NCBI RefSeq assembly: GCF_006345805.1
Contig: NC_043009.1
Coordinates: forward strand, 53,878,001 to 53,942,000
Length of the DNA stretch: 64,000 nt
Origin: Octopus sinensis
Lineage: Eukaryota
Reading direction: 5' to 3'
The translations under genes were made by a program, and so were the position numbers. Each line of letters starts with the position of its first letter. Position 1 is the first letter of the stretch. Below are positions 12,086-26,420 of this stretch, in pieces. A model generated the notes under the pieces. That model worked only from the letters and a program-made list of their open reading frames with translations. It was not told the origin of the DNA and ran no database searches.

Positions 12086-13394
12086 ATTATATAATTTGAA
12101 ATACATAATGTAATGTGAAATACAGAAAATTATTTTAAGTGAAAAATTATTTAGTACGGTTGTACTGAGAGCTAAGAACTGACAGTATATGTAAAATATG
12201 GAAGGACATTCAGGAAAAAAATTACGGTTAATTATGATATATATTTTGAAACTGAGAGAGATAAGGCTGCGGTGGCTACCAACTGTGATATAAAGATGAA
12301 AGTGGATTCAACGTAGAGAAAAACGATAGAAGAGTAATAAGAATGTTCATATTACCGGAAAAATAATATAATCCTTGTATAAAATAGATAAAATATTACG
12401 CTGCATAGGGGAGAAGGAGGTTATAAGCTTGTACATCTATATTTATAACATGTTGAGCAAGTATCGATGAATATGCAAGGCAGAAATAGAAAAGAACTAC
12501 AAACACAGCACCGGATATAAAATATAATGGATCTCTGCGATAGATTATTATGTTGGGGCTGAAATTCAAGTTTGTTATCTCGGTTCAAAAATTTTATAAT
12601 TGATAGAAAGCAAGATTTAAGCTCTTCGGTTTGCCCAGATTTAATCTTAAATTCCTACATCTGTACGCTTTTCTTTTTCCAGTAAATGGTCCTGTGCTAG
12701 TGAATATATTTTGTTCACGCAATGCTGGAAGTTTCTCTCTTTAGGATATCAAATATTCCTTGACAATGTAGTAGTTTTAACACATCAGTTATATCTGAAA
12801 GAGGATGTTTTTTTTTACTGAACCAGATCATAAGACAGAGGAGACCCAGTGTATGTATACTAGATATGGTTGTATGTATATTAGATTGATACAGTATCTA
12901 ATATATCAATTAGCTGGAGATTAAAGAACAACGTTTCTGAGTATATATTTAAACATTTGTTTTTAAACATGATCAACATAGAGGATCAACTTTTCATTAT
13001 TATTTCACCATTGGTTACATATGTGTGAGAGAAAGAGAGGGAGAGAGAGAAATAAAGAGAGACAGGGAATGAAAGAAAGAGAAAGAGGGAAAAAGCGGGA
13101 GAGAGTGTGTGTTTGTATATGCACACCCATATTCGTAGATATATATGAGTTTAAAGCTATATAGTACGAGATCACATACTCAGATAATTTTGTATTTAAC
13201 GCTGTTTTATTACTATTGACTTTTTGGTGCTTAACTCCCCCTATATTTATATGTATGTGTATATATTGTCTGTGTGTATCTATGAGGCGTATATTTGTAC
13301 ATAATAAACCAGACACACAAACACACACACACACGCACACAAAAACACGCACACACATATAGGCACAGGCGTTGGTGGGTGTGTTATAAGAAAC

Positions 13395-13512
13395 GTGGGT
13401 CCCAACCACATGGTTCCCGGTTAAGTCACACTGCGTAAAACCTTGGGCAACCTCGGGCCGACAAAATCCCTGTGAATCGATTTGGTAGAGAGAAACTGTA
13501 AGAATCCTGTCT

Positions 13513-13610
<98 letters not shown>

Positions 13611-13805
13611 GTATTATTTGTGTCTGTGTTTGTCCCTCCACCATCGCTTGACAACCGATATTGGTGTGTTTACCTGACTGTCTCTTATCAGTTCGGCACA
13701 AAGTACTAGGCTTACAAGGAATAAGTCCTGGAGTCGATTTGTCCGACGATAGTCGGTGCTCGAGCATGGCCGTAGTCAAATGACTAAAACAAGTAAAAGA
13801 ATAAA
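13395..13805 (+). mobile_element. Family A SINE with expanded internal (TA)n
   Basis: ACCACATGGTTCC...CCTTGGGCAA...CAGCATGGCCG-like 3' block and AAAAGAAT tail. Confidence 0.8.
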
Positions 13806-13989
13806 TATCATCCTTAATGACAAAACATCAATCAGAAGTAATAGATGTACCTTTTCTTTGCACACAAATAAAATAGCCTGAATTTTATTTTTGTAAGAAA
13901 ATGAACTAAAATTTTTTTTTTCTTAAAATGTCAATGGCTGTATGGCACTGGTGATTTTCGCTCATACACTCTCTCCTCCCTCCCTTTAC

Positions 13990-14038
<49 letters not shown>

Positions 14039-14195
14039 ATATATAATATGTGTAGAGAGAGAGAGAGAAATAAATATATATAGATAAAAAATTAAGGACT
14101 GCGTGATATATAATATATATATATATATAATATAATATATATTATATACATGTATGTATGTAGGTACGCATGTATGAATATCTATATATATTTTA

Positions 14196-14277
<82 letters not shown>

Positions 14278-14319
14278 GTTGTGGTCTATGTGTAAATAAG
14301 CATAATCATATATACATAT

Positions 14320-14350
<31 letters not shown>

Positions 14351-14358
14351 TTATATAT

Positions 14359-14400
<42 letters not shown>

Positions 14401-15258
14401 ATATATATATAATATACTTAGAAACTTAACATTATACATACGCACGCTAATGCTTACATACACAGAGAGATATATGCATATACACATACGTATAGACACG
14501 TGTGCATGTACGCTGATACACACAAATACATACAGAATTCTAGATACACACACACACACAACCAGACATACACACACACACAAATATATTTGTTTTATTT
14601 TTCACCCAGACCATCAGGTTTTGAAGAATGCTATAACAACGAGATCCTTCATTGACAAAGGTGACAGGCGATGCGTCAGTTGTTTTTAAAATATTCCATA
14701 AACAACTAAAATATTTAATTCAATGAAGCGAAGCAATCAAGCAGGCATTCAACCAAACTCCTCATTGTATTCTGGGGATGGAACCATAACAAATTTCCTA
14801 TCCAATATTTATATGCGCCATGTTGTAGCCCTTTGAACATTCCTCGCTTGTTTTATAAGGTTATTTTTCTTGGATGCCAGTGGATCTGTTGTTTAGTAAC
14901 CAAATGAACACACGAAGTAAACATTTCAACTCAGCGTGGTAATGTTTGTGACGTCAGCTATTTTCTCTTTGAAGATTATATACGCATGATATTAAAGTAT
15001 ATATCCACCTTTGTATATATGCGCCGCTATTTTTTTTATTCCACATATTTCTCATTCTGTTTCTTTCTTTCCTGTCCGCTACCTCAACCCCTCGTTCTCT
15101 CTTCCTCCTCACCTCATATATTTATGCATATAAATATATGAGAATGCACGTCTATAGAAATATATATGTGTATGTTTGTACATTCATACACACACATGCA
15201 CATATACATACATATGTAAATATATATATACATGTATGTATGTAAGTATGTATATATG

Positions 15259-15292
<34 letters not shown>

Positions 15293-15346
15293 TGTATGTA
15301 TGTATGTATGTATGTTGTATGTATGTATGTATGTATGTATGCATAT

Positions 15347-16646
15347 ATTCAGAATGTGATGAATAAATTGCCGTCTAAATTACTGAAAAAAATTAAAAAT
15401 AACAATGACATCTCATTTTAACATATATATTTACCAAAATTACATTAAAATATATTGGAAACCTAAAGAGTAAATGCGTTTAATAAAATCACCATGGGTT
15501 TCAACCACGGCCTCCAGGCGACTTCGGAATCTCCTGCAACTCTTCTGGCTGGTCCCCTTGTTTGAACTGATAAATGCTGCCATAATCCTTGCCTTCAGTA
15601 CTTCTTTGGTGTTACAAGGAGTTTTGTTGATCTCTCATTCAACTGCACCCTACACATAATAGTCAAGAGAGTTGCAGTCTAGGGAGTTAGGTGGCCAGAT
15701 GTTAAGAATGATGGCATCGCAGAAATTGTTTGTCAGTCATTGTCCTCCTAAATGTGTGGCATGGTACAGAGTCCTATTGTCAGACATAGAGTCTCCCAGC
15801 AACTGCTCTCTTGACGTAGGGTAGCTCTAACTCCTCTAGGCCCTTGATGTACGCCTCTGTTTTGGGTCTGAGACCGTGTGGGAAGATGAATGGAGGCATA
15901 ACGTCGCCATCACTAGCAATCACTCCAAATACCATGATGTTGGCTGGACGTTTGATTTTTATCCTTCTCGGTACATGTTTTGGGAACACTGCAAACCAAG
16001 GGTTGTTCTGTGTGTTCACCATCTGATCCTGCCAGAAAGTTTTCTCCACTGAGAAAACGCAAAGCATGTTCAGTTGGAGGGAATGCTTGACTTTATTCAA
16101 AAGCTTCGTCACGCGGTCTCTTCTCTTGTATTTGATGACCTGGGATAAGAATTGGCTCTCCCTTATTGTGTATGAGGGATATTGAATGCATCCATGCACT
16201 ATCTGCCTGATAACAAACTCATGCGCTCCCATGTCGTTGGCGATGGTCCTGATGTATTTGAAGAGATCATTATCAATTATGGTCTGAATCTCACCAAAAA
16301 TTTAAGAATTTTTTTCTTATCAGAACGATCACAGTGAGTTTTCCGAGGTGCTGTACCTTCGTCATCACTATTAGCTTCACGCAACTCTTTCGAATTCTTT
16401 GCACCGTCCTCAGATTGACACGTAACCACTCTGAAATGTTTGTATTGGAGCTTCCGCTGCGAATGTCAATCGATACAGCATTTCGTTTCCAAATTTCTGG
16501 CATAATCATTCACGTCATCGCGCTGTTTTTCTCACAGACGATGCCCAACTGACCCTACTATACTGTATAGTCGAAAAAATCAAAAACAAACACTACGTAT
16601 GTGCGAAATAAAAATATATAAAATATCACGAAATTTACCCACCTGT
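15347..16646 (-). mobile_element. Decayed Tc1/mariner transposon, maT (DD37D)-like, near full length
   Basis: Minus-strand FSVEKTF, VMPPFIFPHGLR, Q*DSVPCHT, WPPNSLDCNSLDYYV; N-terminal HTH at 16291-16509; degenerate TIR remnants; stops and frameshifts. Confidence 0.85.
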
Positions 16647-16666
16647 ATATACATATATATATAATA

Positions 16667-16708
<42 letters not shown>

Positions 16709-17589
16709 TTCCATACACACACACTACCAATTCCTCTGTGTGTGTGTGTGTGTGTATGTAAATAAACACAGAGTGAGAGAGAGAGACAAAGATGTTTCGA
16801 AATGCGATCGAAATCCAATATTGAAATAGAAATGGCGCTTAGAATTGAAATACCATTCATATATACATTTAACTATTTACATTTATTCATGATATGGCAT
16901 CATACGCATAAACATATGCATGCATGTATGCATCTACGTTTTTGTGAGTGAAACTGTATATAACAAACACATACATTATATATATATAATATACAGTTGC
17001 ATGCTTTATTCGATATTACATCAACACTACTGATCACAGATCTCTGTCCCTTGTGTGTATTTCGGTTTTCGGTTTTTGTATTGTGTTTGACGTAACTCTT
17101 GCGTAGTGCCTGTTTGTTGCATTTTCTGTTCATCATGTAGAAGAGAGGGGACATTCAACGTAACAATCTGTTTAAGTGTCCAACTGTGTTATTTACTGCT
17201 TGATGCGCAAATTCGTATGTTGTAGTGCTTTGGCAAAGCATTCTTATCCTAAGTGCTTCAATAATTACTAAGGCACCCATTGTTGTAAATAATGTTTCTG
17301 CTTTCCGTTGTCATGCGCTAGTTATCTCCGTTTCCAGATTTTTATATTTGCATAGATTTTGCATTTATTCTAAAGATATGGTATCTTGTGTTTGGACTAC
17401 TACGTCGATCAGAAAACGCTGGTACTCTCCCACAAGAACGTATGGTCGCTTAGACCTCACTATTTTATCTATAGAGATTTACATATCTCACATTTTCTAT
17501 TTTCTTTCTATTCTCTCTCTCCCGCCCCTCTCTCACTCTCTCCATCTTTTTCTCCCTCACTCTCTCTTTCTCAGTGCGACTGAGTGACA

Positions 17590-18570
17590 GATTGAGTAAG
17601 GTGAAATTCTCTGTTGTGCCCAAAAGTTTTGTCTTTTGCAATGTCGCAATGCAGGGACACATTTCAATTATATTAAGATGTTTCTGGACGTCTTTCGTCA
17701 CCGACAGAAGTACCCCAGTTGCCCTTGCTTTCATATCCTACATCCTTACGACGTTAATTCTCAAGCCTGCATATTGTACAATTTTCCCGTTTTCTCTATC
17801 ATTTATATAATTCACGTTTTCTCTATCATTGATCTCCTGGGAAAGCTACATCGGTCGACAAACACCTCCTTACAATACCTTTCTCTACCAAAGCTATATC
17901 TGCTTTAGTATATTCCAGAACTCTATCTTTCTGAATTGTAAAGTCCCACAGGTTTATTTCACAGATTGATTTTTTAGTAATTTCTCTGGTTTGCGCTGAC
18001 ACCATAATTTCATAATTTCAGTGGTTGGAAACCTGTATTTCTTACACAAAGACCAATGGAGGTATAAGTACAGTTTTTCGTGACGACGTTTATATTTACC
18101 CAGCACAACTATGCCATAGACATTCACAATGTATATCACACTTCCCCACCCCCGCCACATAAGCTACACATATTTATTTCATGTGGGTTATTCACATTCC
18201 TCCTTAACGAGCTTGTATTTACTGCTTGATACTCAGCAACCACCGACAAACATTCCGTTTCTGCCTTCAGCTCACCTTTCGTCTACCAATTCCAACATAA
18301 ATTTTTTATTTTACTACATTCCTTTGACTTTCGAATTGAACTTGTTATTCTACAACGTTTCCAGTGTTCAGTTCTTCAGCTAGTGGCCTATTTTTCAGAT
18401 TTTCTTTACTTTCAATAGTTTCAATGTATGTGTCTCCGCTTTTGGCAGCCCTTCTCTACTGCATGCCGAATGTAAATCCAATGACTTGCTTTCAGAAACC
18501 ACACAAACTCACGCACTTAAAAAATCCTTCTTCTTTTACGTTCCGAGGTGAATATAACGTTATAATATTT
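17590..18570 (-). mobile_element. Dong/R4-type RLE LINE, decayed C-terminal fragment
   Basis: KGELKAETECL, KYKRRHEKLYLYLHWSLCKKY, LWDFTIQKDR, ADIALVEK, DVAFPGD, LQKTKLLGT. Confidence 0.8.
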
Positions 18571-18606
18571 GCCTTTGTGTTCAATGCACCATAGTCCACC
18601 ATCGTT

Positions 18607-18661
18607 TTGATCATCATCATCTTCATCATCATCATCATCATCACCATCATCATCATCATCG

Positions 18662-18752
<91 letters not shown>

Positions 18753-18778
18753 TATCATCATTATCGTCATCATCATTG
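18607..18778. repeat. (ATC)n microsatellite
   Basis: Direct reading. Confidence 0.95.
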
Positions 18779-19039
18779 TCATATTTCACATTAACATGTT
18801 GTGTAGTCGTGGGTGCATAGAGTCCATTAAATTCCGTATTATTCCACTGATTCGAATTATCCATCAAAGATCATCAGTCCAATTAATGTATATGGGAATA
18901 TACGTATGTATGTGTGCATGTATATATGTATTGATGTAAGCAAGCTTCCATATATTTATGTATGTACGTACGTATGTATACATGCATGTATGCCAGTGAG
19001 ATAAATAGTCGAATATAGTGCAATATTATTTTATTCACT

Positions 19040-19545
19040 TAGTCTTACACTTTTATGGGCTTCAACGTATACTCCATTTCAAACAATGCATCGGTCGGGG
19101 CGCGTTTTCTACCATTTCTAAGCAGTGCTGGAACACAGGTGGAATGATTCTTTTTAACACCTCCGTCGGTTTTTTCTTCGCCTCTTCCACATCTGCAAAT
19201 TCTGTAGTACCAGCTTTCGTCGCTTTCGAAAAGAGATGCGGATCACCTTCCAACTGTTCTTTTCGTTCAGGACACGCATTCAGGCGTGACTGCCTTTGAT
19301 CTTCCTAGAGCAAGCAAGGCACAAATCTTGCTGCAACTCTATTCATTAGCAATTCCTCGCTCAAAATCCTTTGAGAGGAGCTCCAGGACACACAACTCAT
19401 ATCGACAAGTTCGGCAGTTACTCGGTGACGGCCCTCTAAGATCAGTTCATAAATTTTCATGGTGTTTTCATACGTTTGTGGGTGGAGACAGGTCGACTGT
19501 CTTCCTGAACGAGGTTGGTCTTCGAGTGACAAGTGACCATTCCAA
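19040..19545 (-). mobile_element. Internally deleted mariner (DD34D-type) relic
   Basis: SLEDQPRSGR...SWSSSQRILSEELLMNRVAARFVP (HTH region) joined to C-terminal FADVEEAKKK...FQHC; catalytic core missing. Confidence 0.8.
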
Positions 19546-20224
19546 AGTAGGATATTACACAGGATGCAGTTTATTCCCTTTGTCTCCTACGTACATTACC
19601 CCGTTTTGGTTGTTTTAAACTTCTACAGCGTGTGTTCCAGGTGCATTTGAATAAAGCGTACCACAGTGGTACGTAGGGACAAGTGATATGAACTTAATCT
19701 TGTGTTTATTATACTTTTTCCTAGTATTTTTCTGCATATCAGTAGCAGTATTACTACTAAGCACATTGGTAACCACACCACATTATTGCATGTAAACTGG
19801 ATAATTACACTATTATCTACACAGGCTCTAATCCCACTAATAGCAGTTGTACATCCAAGTATATGCACAATAAATACTGTGCATACATACATGCATACTT
19901 ACCATATATACATACATTTAGATACTCTCACACACACATACATACATATATGCATATATACATACAGACTACATGTTCAGGTATATACATATTATTACTG
20001 GAGCCTGGGGATATGTAACACACTGCCTAAATACCAATCTTGAGAAATTAGGTTTCTCAACACCAGAAAGGAGAAAGCAAATTCGATGACTACAGATCCA
20101 TTCCATCACTGGAAATGTAAAATTCTGTAAAACTTTCCAGAAGTTTATTATTTAAATATATGTCAGCATGTCTAGATATGGAACTATATGCATGAGAATA
20201 CATACATAAAACATACAAATTTGC

Positions 20225-20255
20225 ACATACATACATACATACATACATACATACA

Positions 20256-20289
<34 letters not shown>

Positions 20290-20419
20290 CATACATATAT
20301 ACATACATACATACAAACATACATACATACATACATATATACATACATACATACATACATACATGCATGCATACATAGATACATACATACATACATATAT
20401 ACATACATACATACAAACA

Positions 20420-20453
<34 letters not shown>

Positions 20454-20822
20454 CATACATACAAACAAACATACATACATACATACATACCTACATACAT
20501 ACATACATACATACATACATACATACATACATACATACATACATACAAACATACATACATACATACATACCTACATACATACATACATACATACATACAT
20601 ACATACAAAAATACATACATACATACATACATACATACATAAATACATACATACATACATACATACATACATACATAAATACATACATACATACATACAT
20701 ATATACATAAATAAATACATACATAGATACATACATACATACATACATACATGCATACATACATACATACATACATACATACATACATACATACATACAT
20801 ACATACATACATACATACATAC
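20225..20822. repeat. About 600-bp (TACA)n array
   Basis: Direct reading; source of the MYVC and HTYI ORFs. Confidence 0.95.
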
Positions 20823-21253
20823 AAAAATACTCTGTTGTTGGTGTTGAAATTCTAATGAAGGAGCCATGGATCTAGGTTAGAAACCGCTTCATATTCTATT
20901 GGCAAGAAATCGTGAAATAAATTGTATGATGATATACATGCATACATACATATATACATGCTCAAACATGTATACATACATATGTATACATACATGTATA
21001 TATACAAACATGTATACATACATGTATGCATGCATACATACATACATAAATACATAATACATACCTACATATATACATACATATGCATACATACATACAA
21101 ACAAACTCACACATGTATATGTATATGTATGTTGCCATTTGCTGTCATATTTAAAATTTTATATATGTACCTACATATATACATATATACACACATACTC
21201 ACACATGTATACATACATACATACATGCATACATACATACATACATACATACA

Positions 21254-21284
<31 letters not shown>

Positions 21285-21869
21285 GTACATACTCACACAT
21301 GTATATGTGTGCTGTCATTTGCTGTCATATTTAAAAATTTATATAAATTGTCATTGACGAATAATTTATTAAAGAGAAATTTGTTCATTATTTTTTTCTG
21401 TGTGCAAATACATCACATTGCAGACAAATTAAATAAAACAGAACATTTCGTCGGGTAGGAACAGATAAAATATAAAATGAAATACGACAAATAATGACAG
21501 AATTTTAAACATAGCCGTTAAAAGCTCACAAAGATAGATTATATTTATTACATTCACTTTTAATATAAAATAAATCTATTATAGAATATATTTTGTGGGA
21601 CTATATAAATATCTTGTAAAGATTAAACAGAAAATAATGCAAATAATAGCTACAAAAATAGGAACAAAACGAAAACACGAAAACATTTTATCCGTTTCCT
21701 GAGACGCCAGCAGTTACAAAAGAGATGATCAGATAACAGGCAGATGTGTGGAGGGTGGGAGAATAATGAGAGACAATATTAAGAAACTGAGAGCTAAAGT
21801 ATAAACCTGACTACAAAATGTCATGTAAAGACGTTGACAAGAAAAGTTCTTACAAATGAAAAACACGCA

Positions 21870-22470
21870 AAAAAGTGGGCGAGCTAGGAGCGGATAAAGA
21901 GGAAAGAAAATAATCAGACCACGCTCTGAAAATCACGTAATCCTGACTGATGAGACAGAAAATACAAAAACTGTTATAATTAAGAACGATATAAAAGCAT
22001 GTGTGCAGGCTGTGCTGTAGCAATCAATCACATTATTTGTGTCTTCACTAAAACAGTGTAAATACACGAACATGAGAAAGTTGTAGGTTTAATATAGACG
22101 AAATTATGGCTGCGTAATAAAATATGTACAAATACACCCCTAGAATATATGTCCAACAATACGGAAGCAAATATTGTTCGGGGACATGTCGATTTAAAAA
22201 GACGAGAAGAATGAAGTAAATTGCCGACTTGATGTTTGGAAAGATGACTAAGGAAAAAAAATATAATGTTACCAGTTTTAAAGAATTTATCTCTATCGGA
22301 AATGGATAAATTATCTAAATATAAAATTCGGATATATAGATAACTGGAATTGAACACAGAAGTACAATTCTGAAGATGATTTTACCTTGAGAATCGTTAA
22401 AGGTACTGACGCATATATGATATATGACAAAAATAATAAAATGTATAAACATACTTAGAACTTGCACTTA
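21870..22470 (+). mobile_element. Old Dong/R4-type RLE LINE relic
   Basis: Across frames: LTDETEN, CRLC, INHIIC, HEKVVGLI, ADLMF, NLSLSEMDKLSKYK, in the expected order. Confidence 0.5.
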
Positions 22471-22799
22471 TATGCTAGAAAGTGTTTAGAGAAATATTTT
22501 ATAGACAGTCAGGCAAACATAAATTAGGGAGTATTCCAACAGTATTGAGGAGACACTTAAATTTCAAAGAAGGATCCTGTAACCGCAATGCACTTTCAGC
22601 GTTTCAACCGACTTGAGAAAGCTCCGAGGAAGCCTTCGAAAGGGAAGTCACCCAGAATATTTTTTACAGCTTTCTTCACCTTCTCCTTCAGCTTGGGGGG
22701 AAACCAAAAATCACAGGAATATTTCAAGAGGGTCAAAGCGCAGGAACGCTATGGGAGGACCAAGAACAAGAGGTTTGAATAATATCCATTGTCCCAGTT

Positions 22800-23080
22800 G
22801 CTTACGACAAATGAACGTAGGGATTTATGTGTTTTGCATTCAAATTTCCTAGAGCGAAACGTTAAAATGCTTGACAATGAGATGGCCAGGTATAATGCAC
22901 TAAGATGTCTGTATTGAAATGGTAATGGTTTTGTCTGGGAGCATGTTTGAGAATAAGCCATGTCGTTTTCATGGAAACAAATAGTTAGGCAATGGTTTGT
23001 TTCAAAAATGTCCGAAAGCCCGTAGAATTTGGTATGAGATGCACTACATTGTATTTGCCGATATGTAGCTCATCGATTTT
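22800..23080 (+). mobile_element. Possible L1/Tx1 LINE C-terminal zinc-binding relic
   Basis: ENKPCRF...LFQKCPKARRIWY resembles the zf-RVT region; heavily decayed. Confidence 0.3.
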
Positions 23081-23389
23081 TGGTTGATCTAGTATTTGGA
23101 TATAGAGGGAGTAATTGCCGACCTGTTAGTGATATGTTATATGCCGTGTGTGAAAATGAGCGCACCTGATTGACTCTAGGATTGGGCTACACAATGTTTC
23201 AATACAGTAAAAAATTGCAGTGTGGTAGTGCAGGAAATATATAATAACCTCAAGCCGGGAAATAGGAATTTGAAATTGGCGAACGACATGTATTTCAACG
23301 AAAGTGTAACTGAGTGAAATAGCTTTTCAACTATAGGAAAGAAGGCACGAAATTTTGAGGGAGAGCAGTCGATTAGTTCACCCACACCA

Positions 23390-23520
23390 CCAATGCTCAA
23401 CTGATACTTATTTTACCGACCCTGAAAGGTTCAAAAGGAAAATCGACCTTGGTTTAATGTTAATTCAGAGTGTTAAGACAGACGAAATGCCGCTAAGCAT
23501 TTCTCCCAGCGTATTAACTG
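23390..23520 (-). mobile_element. Family B SINE fragment
   Basis: TACTTATTTTACCGACCCTGAAAGG central domain, diverged. Confidence 0.6.
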
Positions 23521-24055
23521 TTCTGTCACTGTCTTACAATTGCCGATGGAAATATCAATGATGTTGTCCTCTATCTTTCTTTTCGGATATATTTTACTCT
23601 GGGGGATGAAAAAAACAAAAAACAGAAGAAACAAAAAAAAGGTGGCGTAGGTTTTCGATCAAAAGGGATCGTAAAAGGGAAAAAGAAGAACAAAAAAAAT
23701 GTTTTTTTAATAAAAAAAAAATAAAAATAAATAAAATAAATAAAAGATAGATAGATAGATAGATAAATAGATTTAAATACGTATGTGTATGTGATTGTGC
23801 GCAAGAGAGAAAGATTGTAAAATGTATTGAGCAAAATGTTGAAAATGCAGCAAACTTTTCTTTTTATATGCATGCTTATTTTTGTGTAATTAAAAAGTTA
23901 ACATTTTAATGTTAGTGGAGAACAGACTTATTCAATGTCTTTATATATATATATTTTTTCACACACGGTATATATATATAAAATTGAAAAATATATATAT
24001 AAATATACGTTTACACAGAATAAAGATTTACGTGAGTGTGTGTTTACATACACAC

Positions 24056-24099
<44 letters not shown>

Positions 24100-24388
24100 T
24101 CACACATACTCACACACACACACACACACAGACACACACACACACACAGACATGCACATATACATATCAAATGCCATACTGCAACAAATACACTGATGCG
24201 CTGATGCAACACAGCAAATTTACTCTGCATTTAGAGATGAAAATTTAGAATATAACTGTTGAGCTCTAATGGAATTGGTTATTTGTGGCACATAAAACGC
24301 AAATTGTAACATTACATATACATATCAAGGCATACATATATACATACATATATGAGCGTGTGTATATATATATACATATATATAAATA

Positions 24389-24436
<48 letters not shown>

Positions 24437-25063
24437 TGTATGTATATATGGACGAATGTATACCATGTATATAGAGGAATGAAGGGGAGAGAGAGAGAGT
24501 GAGAGAGAGAGATTAAGTAGTTTGCAAGCAAGGCGAAATCGCTACCTAATAATTTACCTAAGCAAATTAAGACGTCTGGTGTAGAAGTGAAGACTATTGT
24601 AATGAACAATGATCATTGAATTCGGAGGCGCGGTGGCGTTCTATGAGAGTTTATATAGGTAAGGTAGATTAGCAAGATGAGCAAGAGAAAATATGATTAA
24701 TAAATCTTTAGATAAAAAAAAATTTACATACATCGAAACACAGACACTCACACACATATATATTTATGTATGTATATATATATTCATGAATATATATATA
24801 CATATATATGTATATATGCATACATATATATATATACATATATATATACATATGTATATACATGCATGTATACATGTATATATATATATATGTATATACA
24901 TGTATATATGCATGTATATACATATGTATATATATACATATGTATATATATACATGTATATATATATATATATACATATGTATATATATATATATACATG
25001 TTTATATATATATATATGTATATATACATGCTTATATTTATAACATATATGTATATATATAAT

Positions 25064-25390
25064 GTAGGCGCAGGAGTGGCTGTTTGGTTAGTAGCTTGCT
25101 TACTAAACACATGGTTCCAGGTTCAGTCCCATTGCACGTTGCACTTTGGGCAATGTCTTCAGGCTATAATAGAATATACATAATATCTTCGTCTGCGTTT
25201 TTCCTCTCACCATCACTTGACAACTGATATTGATGTGTTTGCGGTTCGGCATAAAAGAATAATAGAATAAGTACCAGGCTTATAAAGAATAAGACCTAAT
25301 GTCGATTTCTTCGACCAAAAGGCGCTGCTCCAGCATACCAGCAGTCAAATGACTGAAACATGTAGAAGAATAAAAGAATAAAAGAATATA
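25064..25390 (+). mobile_element. Family A SINE, internally deleted
   Basis: TAGGCGCAGGAGTGGCTG head, B-box-like GGTTCAGTCCC, (AAAAGAAT)n tail. Confidence 0.8.
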
Positions 25391-25432
25391 TATATAAATA
25401 AATAATATATAAATAAATATATAAATAAATAA

Positions 25433-25470
<38 letters not shown>

Positions 25471-25939
25471 TAATGCAATTTTATTGTATATGGTAAGCAG
25501 GTTATGCAAACGCAAATATTTCTTTAAACTAGTTGATGTCTGCCTTGGTCTTCAGGTCAATGCATTATGACTGTTGTGATATATATATATATATGTATAT
25601 ATGTATATACATAGATGGAAATAAATCGAATACACGCACGTACACACACTCATATAAATATACACACTAACACACAGACACACAACGTCATAAAATGTAG
25701 GGATTGATGACACTTACGTGAATATCTCAGCCAACATTCTATGCGAAAAACGTGGTTCATTGTTTTGTGTGTGTGCGTGTGTGCCTGTGTGCATGTGTTT
25801 CTCTGTGTGTGTGTATGTGTCTGTGTTTGTGAGGGTATGTGTATGTGTGGCTGTATGTGTATGTATGGCTGTCTGTGTTTGTGTATGTATGTGTCGGTGT
25901 GTGTAAACGTTTCCAAACGTTTCTAAACGTCGGTGTGTG

Positions 25940-26420
25940 TGAACGTTTCCAAACGGACTTCATTAACGATGCCACACGCTTGGTAGTAGAAAACATCTTT
26001 ACTTCTGATGATAAGACAAATCAACAAATAAAAGGCAATATATGGCGGGAAAATTTAGTGATGGAATTTTTAAAAGAAAATCTATACGAGGATGTAGAGA
26101 AAACCTTTGACCAAAATTTCGAGAAGTATATCATTGAAGTGGAAACGCTTCTTCGATGACTGTTTTATGTTTTGGGAGAAATTAAATGATGATCTACAAA
26201 TAATCAATATTATTCTGAACAACCTGCACTCATCTATCAAATCAAATTTTCGACAGAATCCAGCCATCATGACTTAATATTTTTAGACATTCACATAAAA
26301 ATATCCAACTCTACTTTACCAACATATATATATATATTTTAGAAAAGGGAAGATTAATTTGAAACTACACTTCCTATAAAAGATTCTACCAAAATTGAAT
26401 GTGTAACAAATATATTTCTA
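25940..26420 (+). pseudogene. Penelope-like reverse transcriptase relic
   Basis: FINDATRLVVEN, LVMEFLKENLY, KRFFDDCFMFW, LIFLDIHIK. Confidence 0.7.

Noticed and set aside
20090-20867. Long ORFs such as the 244-aa MYVC repeat, and the many YIYI, HTHT, poly-I, poly-D and poly-V ORFs in the track
   Set aside because: They are translations of (TACA)n, (TA)n, (CA)n and trinucleotide microsatellites, which lack stops in some frames
21940-21965. CTGATGAGACAGAAA (also CTGATGA near 26005, 39457 and 54646)
   Set aside because: No valid stem II/III geometry; two of them lie within decayed coding sequence
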